A stretch of DNA of 64,000 nt from Candidatus Methylomirabilota bacterium (lineage in GTDB: Bacteria; Methylomirabilota; Methylomirabilia; Rokubacteriales; CSP1-6). The DNA lies in contig DASYUQ010000033.1 in NCBI GenBank assembly GCA_036001065.1, forward strand, positions 37,283 through 101,282, read 5' to 3'. Both the position numbers and the translations under genes were made by a program. Positions 58,659-64,000 of the stretch are shown one piece after another (the first letter of the stretch is position 1; each line of letters begins with the position of its first letter). The notes under the pieces are model-generated. The model searched no databases and was not told the DNA's origin. It worked only from the letters and a program-made list of their open reading frames with translations.

Positions 58659-59909
58659 ATGGCGGGTGACCGGGGTCGGGTGCACTGCTGCATCGCGGGT
58701 GGCGGGCCAGCCGGGATGATGCTCGGACTGTTGCTGGCGCGCGCCGGGGTCAGCGTCCTCGTTCTCGAGAAGCACGCGGACTTCCTGCGGGATTTCCGCG
58801 GCGACACGATCCACCCGTCGACGCTCGAGGTCATGCACGAGCTCGGATTGCTGGACAGCCTCTTGCGGCTGCCGCACCAGGAAGTTCGCGAGCTGACGGC
58901 GCAGATCGGCGACGTGGCGGTGCCGATCGCCGACTTCACTCACCTGCCGACGCGTTGCCGGTTCCTCGCCTTCATGCCGCAATGGGACTTCCTCGACTTC
59001 CTGGCCCGTCAGGCCGCCCGCTACCCCACGTTCCGATTGCAAATGCAGGCCGAGGTGACCGGGCTCCTCGAGGAGTCGGGGCGCGTGGCCGGAGTGCAGG
59101 CGGTGAGCAGGAACGGCCCGATCGCGATCCGCGCCGATCTCGTCGTCGCCGCCGACGGCCGGCACTCCGCGGTCCGCGAAAAGGCGGGCCTGCCGGTGAC
59201 GGAGCTGGGTGCCCCCATGGACGTCCTCTGGTTCCGCCTCCCCCGCGCGCCGGACGACACCGGCCAGACCATGGGCCGTTTCGAGCTCGGGCAGATCTTC
59301 ATCATGATCAATCGCGGCGAGTACTGGCAGTGTGGCTACGTGATCCCCAAGGGCCAGTTCGACGAGATTCGCGCGGCGGGGTTGGAATCCTTCCGCCAGA
59401 GGGTGGCGCGATTGGCGCCGTTTGCGAAGGGCCAGGCGGGCGAGCTCCGGGCCTGGGACGATGTGAAGCTGCTCACGGTGCAGGTGGACCGGGTCTCCCG
59501 CTGGTATCGTCCGGGCCTGCTCTGCATCGGCGATGCCGCTCACGCGATGTCCCCGATCGGCGGGGTCGGCATCAACCTGGCGATCCAGGACGCGGTCGCC
59601 GCCGCCAATGTCCTGGCGGCGTCATTGTGCGAGCGCCGGGTGACGGTCCACCACTTACACCAGGTGCAAAGGCGCCGCCAGCTGCCTACGCGACTGACGC
59701 AGCGGATCCAGGTGGTGATTCAGAACCGGGTCATCAAGTCAGTGCTGGGCAGCACGAGGCCGTTGAAGCCGCCGCTGGCACTCCGTCTCATCGGAATCAT
59801 CCCGCTGCTGCGACGGATCCCGGCTTGGCTCGTCGGGATCGGCATCCGCCCCGAGCATGTGAAGTCACCTGTGGCTCCGGTGGCGACCGTCGACCGATGC
59901 CGGTCCTGA
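58659..59909 (+). CDS. FAD-dependent monooxygenase (UbiH/COQ6/PheA-type flavoprotein hydroxylase)
   Basis: VHCCIAGGGPAGMMLGLLLARAG dinucleotide-binding motif. DG (ADGRHSAVR) and GD (CIGDAAHAMSPIGGVGINLAIQDA) motifs. Confidence 0.85.
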   Translation: MAGDRGRVHCCIAGGGPAGMMLGLLLARAGVSVLVLEKHADFLRDFRGDTIHPSTLEVMHELGLLDSLLRLPHQEVRELTAQIGDVAVPIADFTHLPTRCRFLAFMPQWDFLDFLARQAARYPTFRLQMQAEVTGLLEESGRVAGVQAVSRNGPIAIRADLVVAADGRHSAVREKAGLPVTELGAPMDVLWFRLPRAPDDTGQTMGRFELGQIFIMINRGEYWQCGYVIPKGQFDEIRAAGLESFRQRVARLAPFAKGQAGELRAWDDVKLLTVQVDRVSRWYRPGLLCIGDAAHAMSPIGGVGINLAIQDAVAAANVLAASLCERRVTVHHLHQVQRRRQLPTRLTQRIQVVIQNRVIKSVLGSTRPLKPPLALRLIGIIPLLRRIPAWLVGIGIRPEHVKSPVAPVATVDRCRS

Positions 59910-60023
59910 GCTGAGGCCCTCGGACGGAAGCGGCGCGCCGTCCCGCAGGCTCCCGCGGAAGGATGCTTCACGCCGGTGAGTGTGTTAATCGTTGACGGGC
60001 AGCGGCTCGGGGGAGGCGGACCG

Positions 60024-60491
60024 ATGGGCGAGCGAGATCCCGAAATCATCGTTCCCGGTCAAGGGCGGCGGGAGTCAGGGGAGTTCGTCTCCCAGCCGGC
60101 GAAACTGCTCCGGATCGCGTCGATGATCCGAGAGCTGTTGCAAGAGGTCCGGCAGTCTTCTCTGGACGAGGCCGGTCGGAAACGCCTGCGCGAGATATAC
60201 GACCGGGCGCTGGCGGAGCTGAAGGAGGGCCTGTCGGAGGATCTGCAGCAGGAGCTCGGCACGCTCGCGATCCCCCTTCAAGGGACGCCCAGCGAGTCGG
60301 AAATCCGCATCGCCCAGGCCCAGCTGGTGGGGTGGCTGGAAGGGCTGTTCCACGGAATTCAGGCCGCCCTGTGGGCGCAGCACATGCAGGCCCGGGCCCA
60401 GTTCGAGGAGATGCGTCGCCGAGGATTGCCCCCGGGCTCCCCGGGGGCGCCGGGCGAAGCCGAGGCATCCGGGCCCGGCCAGTATCTGTAG
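60024..60491 (+). CDS. bpa: Bacterial proteasome activator (Bpa/PafE)-like protein ending in GQYL
   Basis: Helical about 155 aa protein whose last four residues are GQYL, the 20S-proteasome docking motif of Bpa. GGGGGAGG RBS before the ATG at 60024. An alternative GTG lies at 59976. Confidence 0.55.
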   Translation: MGERDPEIIVPGQGRRESGEFVSQPAKLLRIASMIRELLQEVRQSSLDEAGRKRLREIYDRALAELKEGLSEDLQQELGTLAIPLQGTPSESEIRIAQAQLVGWLEGLFHGIQAALWAQHMQARAQFEEMRRRGLPPGSPGAPGEAEASGPGQYL

Positions 60492-60496
60492 GGTAG

Positions 60497-61780
60497 TCAA
60501 AACTTGATCAGGCTGGGCAGCCAGAGCGAGAGGGCGGGGAGGTATGTGACCAGCAACAACGCGAACAGCATGGCAGCGTAGAACGGCCAGAGCTCGCGCG
60601 ACACCTCCTCGATCGTCACCCGGCCCAACGCGCAGCCCACGAAGAGGGTGGGCCCCACCGGCGGCGTGATCAGCCCGATACCGCCGTTGACCAGCAAGAT
60701 CATGCCGAAGTGCACCGGATCGACCCCCAGCTTGACCACCACCGGGAGCAGGATCGGCGTGCAGATCAGAATCATGGGGGCCAGGTCTAGGAATGTGCCC
60801 AGGCCCAGCAGGAGAACGTTGACGAGAAAAAGCATCGCGTACTTGTTCGTGGTCAGCGTCAGGAAAAATTCGGTCGCCCGCGTCGGGATTTGCATGATCG
60901 CCATCATGTACCCGAACGCCGCCGAGAAGCCGATCAGCATCATGACCATTGCCACCGTCTTCACCGTGCGGTGAATCAGCCGGGGCAGGTCGTGCCACTT
61001 GTAGTCGCGATAGATGAAGATGGTGACGAAGAAGGCGTACACGCAAGCCACCGCGGCCGACTCGGTGGCCGTGAACACGCCCCCGAGGATCCCGCCCAGG
61101 ATGATGACCATGGTGATGAGGCCCCAGACGGCGTCGAGGGCGATCTTGAACGCCTGTCGCAGCGGGACGGGCTCCGACTTCGGCAGGCCGCGCCGGTAGG
61201 CCGTCATCAAGATCAGCCCGATCAGGCAGAAGCCGAACAGCAGCCCCGGGAAGACGCCGGCCAGGAAGAGGTGGGCGATCGAGATCGTGCCGCCGGCCGC
61301 CAGCGAGTAGATGACCGCGTTGTGGGAGGGGGGGATGAGCACCGCCTGCACCGAGCCGCATATAGTGACGTTGGTGGCGAACACGCGGGAATAGCCGGCC
61401 TTCACCATCTGCGGGATCATGACGGTGCCGATCGAGGCGGTGTCGGCCACCGACGAGCCGGAGACGCCCGCGAAGAACGTGGAGGCCAGCACGTTCACCA
61501 CCGCCAACCCGCCCCGGATGAAGCCGACCAGGACCTTCGCGAGGTTGACCAGCCGGGTGGCCATGCCGCCCTCGGCCATGATGGCACCGGCCAGCACGAA
61601 GAACGGGATGGCCAGCAGCGCGAAATCGTCGGTGCCATCCGAGATCTTGAGCATCACCGCTTCCAGCGGGATGTCGACCCAGAGCGCGGCGATCAGGCAG
61701 GACAGGCCCAGGGTGTAGGCGACCGGCATGCCCATCGCGCAGAGAGCCGAGAACGAGCCGAGGAGGACGAGCGCATCCAC
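60497..61780 (-). CDS. dctM: TRAP transporter large permease subunit
   Basis: 427 aa, 12-13 TM helices, DctM family N-terminus MDALVLLGSFSALCAMGMPVAYTLG. Confidence 0.9.
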   Translation of the reverse strand: MDALVLLGSFSALCAMGMPVAYTLGLSCLIAALWVDIPLEAVMLKISDGTDDFALLAIPFFVLAGAIMAEGGMATRLVNLAKVLVGFIRGGLAVVNVLASTFFAGVSGSSVADTASIGTVMIPQMVKAGYSRVFATNVTICGSVQAVLIPPSHNAVIYSLAAGGTISIAHLFLAGVFPGLLFGFCLIGLILMTAYRRGLPKSEPVPLRQAFKIALDAVWGLITMVIILGGILGGVFTATESAAVACVYAFFVTIFIYRDYKWHDLPRLIHRTVKTVAMVMMLIGFSAAFGYMMAIMQIPTRATEFFLTLTTNKYAMLFLVNVLLLGLGTFLDLAPMILICTPILLPVVVKLGVDPVHFGMILLVNGGIGLITPPVGPTLFVGCALGRVTIEEVSRELWPFYAAMLFALLLVTYLPALSLWLPSLIKF

Positions 61781-61790
61781 CGCCCCCCTC

Positions 61791-62315
61791 CTACTCCAGC
61801 GCCTCGGCCTGGTCGCGGTACATCACGGAGGTCGGCGGCGGGTCGCCGATCCACACACGCTCGACGATGAAGAGCAGCGTCACCATACCGCCGAGCGGCA
61901 GCGGAGCGTAGGTGACGCCGACCGACAACAGCGGGAACTCCGCGATCACCTGGTGCCAGGTCGCGCGCACGAGCTGGACGCCCCACACGACCATGAAGAG
62001 ACAGGTCACCGTCATGGCGGCGTCCACCAGCCACGACAACCCCCGGCGGATGCGCGCGTCCACCGAGTCCACGATCGCCCGCACCGCCATGTGGATGTTG
62101 GCGCGGTACACTGCCGCGCCGCCCAGGAACGAGAACACGATCATCAGAAGGACGGCGGCCGGCTCGGGCCAGGAGGCGGCGGCGTTCAGCACGTAGCGCA
62201 TGAAGACGCCGTAGGGAATGATCAGCGTGATGACGACCAGGCTCACGCCGGAGATGACGACGCAGGCCACGTACAGCCCTTCCATGGCCGCGGCATAGTG
62301 AGCCTTGACACCCAC
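61791..62315 (-). CDS. dctQ: TRAP transporter small permease subunit
   Basis: 174 aa with 4 TM helices, between dctP and dctM. Confidence 0.85.
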   Translation of the reverse strand: MGVKAHYAAAMEGLYVACVVISGVSLVVITLIIPYGVFMRYVLNAAASWPEPAAVLLMIVFSFLGGAAVYRANIHMAVRAIVDSVDARIRRGLSWLVDAAMTVTCLFMVVWGVQLVRATWHQVIAEFPLLSVGVTYAPLPLGGMVTLLFIVERVWIGDPPPTSVMYRDQAEALE

Positions 62316-62316
62316 G

Positions 62317-63315
62317 TCACCGGGTCTCCTCGATGCGCTTGACCAGCGCCGTCCACTTCGACCCGTACTTGTCGCGCACCGGCCGGGTGGCCTCGTAGAA
62401 CGCCTTCTTGTCGACCTCCACGAACTGCACGCCGGAAGCTTTCAGCTTCTGTACCGACTGGGTGACCATCTTGTCCCACAGCTCGCGCTGCTCCGACTGG
62501 GCTTCGCGGGAGACCTTCTTGACGAGCGCCTGATCCTCCCTGGACAGCGTGTCCCACGTCCGGCGCGAGAACACGAAGATCTCCGGGATGATGAGGTGGC
62601 CGGTGAGGCTGTAGTACTTGCTGACCTGGTAGTGGTTGTGGGTGAGCAGCGTGGGAGGGTTGTTCTCGGCGCCGTCCACCACGCCCGTTTGCAGCGCGCT
62701 GTACAGCTCGTTGAACCCCATCGAGATGCCGTTGCCACCCATGGCGTTCATGGTCTCGACGAAGATCGGGTTGCCCATCATGCGGATCTTCTGGCCCTTC
62801 AGGTCCGCGGGGGCCTTGAAGGGCTTCTTCGCGTAGACGCTGCGGGTGCCGGCGTCCATCCAGCCGAGGCCCACCAGGCGCGAGTTGGGCGCGTTGGTGA
62901 TCTTCTCGATGAGCTCCTCCCCGATGGGGCCGTCGATCACCTTCCGCATGTGCGCCTCGTCGCGGAAGACGAACGGCAGGTTGAACACATTGAGCTCGTC
63001 GACGATCGTGCCGACCGGGCCGACGCTCACCCGGCAGATCTGGAGCGCCCCCACCTGGGTCTGCTCGAGCATCTCCTTCTCGCCGCCCAGCTGCATGGCC
63101 GGGAACATCTGGACGGAGAGGCGGCCGTTGGTGGCGCCCTCGAGCTTCTTGCCCATGCGGACGACGGCTTCCACCGTCGGGTAGCCGAGCGGGTGCACGT
63201 CGGAGGCCTTGAAGACCATCTTCTGCTGGGCGCTGGCCGACCCGGACACGCCAAAGACGGCGGCGCCGGCCAGCAGGGACCCGGACTGGCGGAGGAAGTC
63301 ACGTCGCTCGTTCAT
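62317..63315 (-). CDS. dctP: TRAP transporter solute-binding protein (DctP family) with Tat-like signal
   Basis: MNERRDFLRQSGSLLAGAAVFGVSGSASA signal, then a DctP fold. A spurious N-terminal extension in the ORF track was ignored. Confidence 0.88.
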   Translation of the reverse strand: MNERRDFLRQSGSLLAGAAVFGVSGSASAQQKMVFKASDVHPLGYPTVEAVVRMGKKLEGATNGRLSVQMFPAMQLGGEKEMLEQTQVGALQICRVSVGPVGTIVDELNVFNLPFVFRDEAHMRKVIDGPIGEELIEKITNAPNSRLVGLGWMDAGTRSVYAKKPFKAPADLKGQKIRMMGNPIFVETMNAMGGNGISMGFNELYSALQTGVVDGAENNPPTLLTHNHYQVSKYYSLTGHLIIPEIFVFSRRTWDTLSREDQALVKKVSREAQSEQRELWDKMVTQSVQKLKASGVQFVEVDKKAFYEATRPVRDKYGSKWTALVKRIEETR

Positions 63316-63397
63316 GTCTGTCCACCTCTCCCGGCCGATTCTCGAAGGAGTGCGACATCGTAACGAATTCCCCGCGTCTTCTGCAAACGCCATCCTC

Positions 63398-64000
63398 TTA
63401 TTTTCCGGAGAGCGGCTCCGGAACGGCCCCCCTGCCGCCGAGGTGGCGGGCGAGGAACCGCTCGACGGCTTCGAAGAGCTTGACGTTGTTGCGCCAGTCG
63501 AAGCTGCCATGCCCCTCGTCGGCGAACACGATGTACTCGACCTCCTTGCCCACCCGGCGGAGCGCCTCCACCATCTGATCCGACTCCTGCAGCTTGACGT
63601 TCGGATCGTTGGCCCCGTGCACGATCAGGAGCGGACGCTGTACGCGTTCGGCGCCGAAGAGCGGTGACTTGGCCTCCAGGCGCCGGCGGTCCTCGGCTCG
63701 GGCGGGATCGCCGGCGTACTTGTGCCAGTACGAGCGGAGCGCGTGCCACGTCCAGTAGGTATGTCGCGTCTCCAGCATCGAGACCAGATTCGAGGGCCCG
63801 ACGATGTCGACGCCGCAGGCGAACACGTCAGGCGTGAAGGTCAGGCCCACCAGCGTCGCGTAGCCACCGTAGCTCCAGCCCATGATGCCCACCCGGCGCG
63901 CCTCCGCGACGCCGCGTCGCACGGCCCAGTCGACCGCGTCGAGGAGATCGGCGTGCATCTTGCCGGCGAACTCCCCGACTGCCGCCTCCCGGAAGCGGCG
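63398..64000 (-). CDS. S9 family serine peptidase (prolyl oligopeptidase / acylaminoacyl-peptidase type), C-terminal catalytic domain; N-terminus lies beyond the window end
   Basis: GWSYGGY nucleophile elbow with downstream Asp/His ([13 protein letters not shown]). The frame is open to position 64000. Confidence 0.8.
   Translation of the reverse strand, partial: RRFREAAVGEFAGKMHADLLDAVDWAVRRGVAEARRVGIMGWSYGGYATLVGLTFTPDVFACGVDIVGPSNLVSMLETRHTYWTWHALRSYWHKYAGDPARAEDRRRLEAKSPLFGAERVQRPLLIVHGANDPNVKLQESDQMVEALRRVGKEVEYIVFADEGHGSFDWRNNVKLFEAVERFLARHLGGRGAVPEPLSGK

Overview
This is a 64 kb, high-GC (roughly 68%) chromosomal segment from a diderm (LPS-making) bacterium. It is densely packed with housekeeping genes on both strands. 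No rRNA, tRNA, CRISPR array, transposase or integrase was found. In gene order the window contains: a partial pyrG; the kdsA-kdsD-lptC-lptA-lptB-rpoN-hpf-rapZ cluster; a GH57 glucan enzyme with an archaeal-type PGI/PMI; metK and ahcY; a UPF0182 membrane protein; an apparently fused lptF-lptG permease; valS-birA-coaX; a CBS-less IMPDH-family gene with guaA, dnaE and accA; a SorC regulator divergent from a fructose-1,6-bisphosphate aldolase/phosphatase; miaB, a BFN nuclease and a GT4 glycosyltransferase; a PaaK-like ligase with a PaaA-like di-iron oxygenase; a Rieske protein divergent from an MBL-rhodanese (CstB-like) persulfide dioxygenase; a PilB/GspE-type ATPase; a bicupin; several small secreted envelope proteins; a marR-RND efflux operon; a sulfite-oxidase-family molybdoenzyme; an FAD monooxygenase; a Bpa-like proteasome activator; a TRAP dctPQM transporter; and a partial S9 peptidase. 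The most interesting observations are two peroxidase genes, a Bcp/PrxQ-type peroxiredoxin and an OsmC-family peroxidase. Each appears to be a UGA-recoded selenoprotein: an in-frame TGA sits exactly where the catalytic or resolving Cys should be, conserved family sequence continues downstream, and a SECIS-like hairpin follows 13-14 nt after the UGA. ORF callers truncate both. In addition, two families of interspersed palindromic repeats (a GC-rich REP-like tandem-hairpin family with 4 copies, and an 80-90 bp TIR/MITE-like family with 2-3 copies) occupy inter-gene junctions and physically supply stop or start codons to flanking genes.
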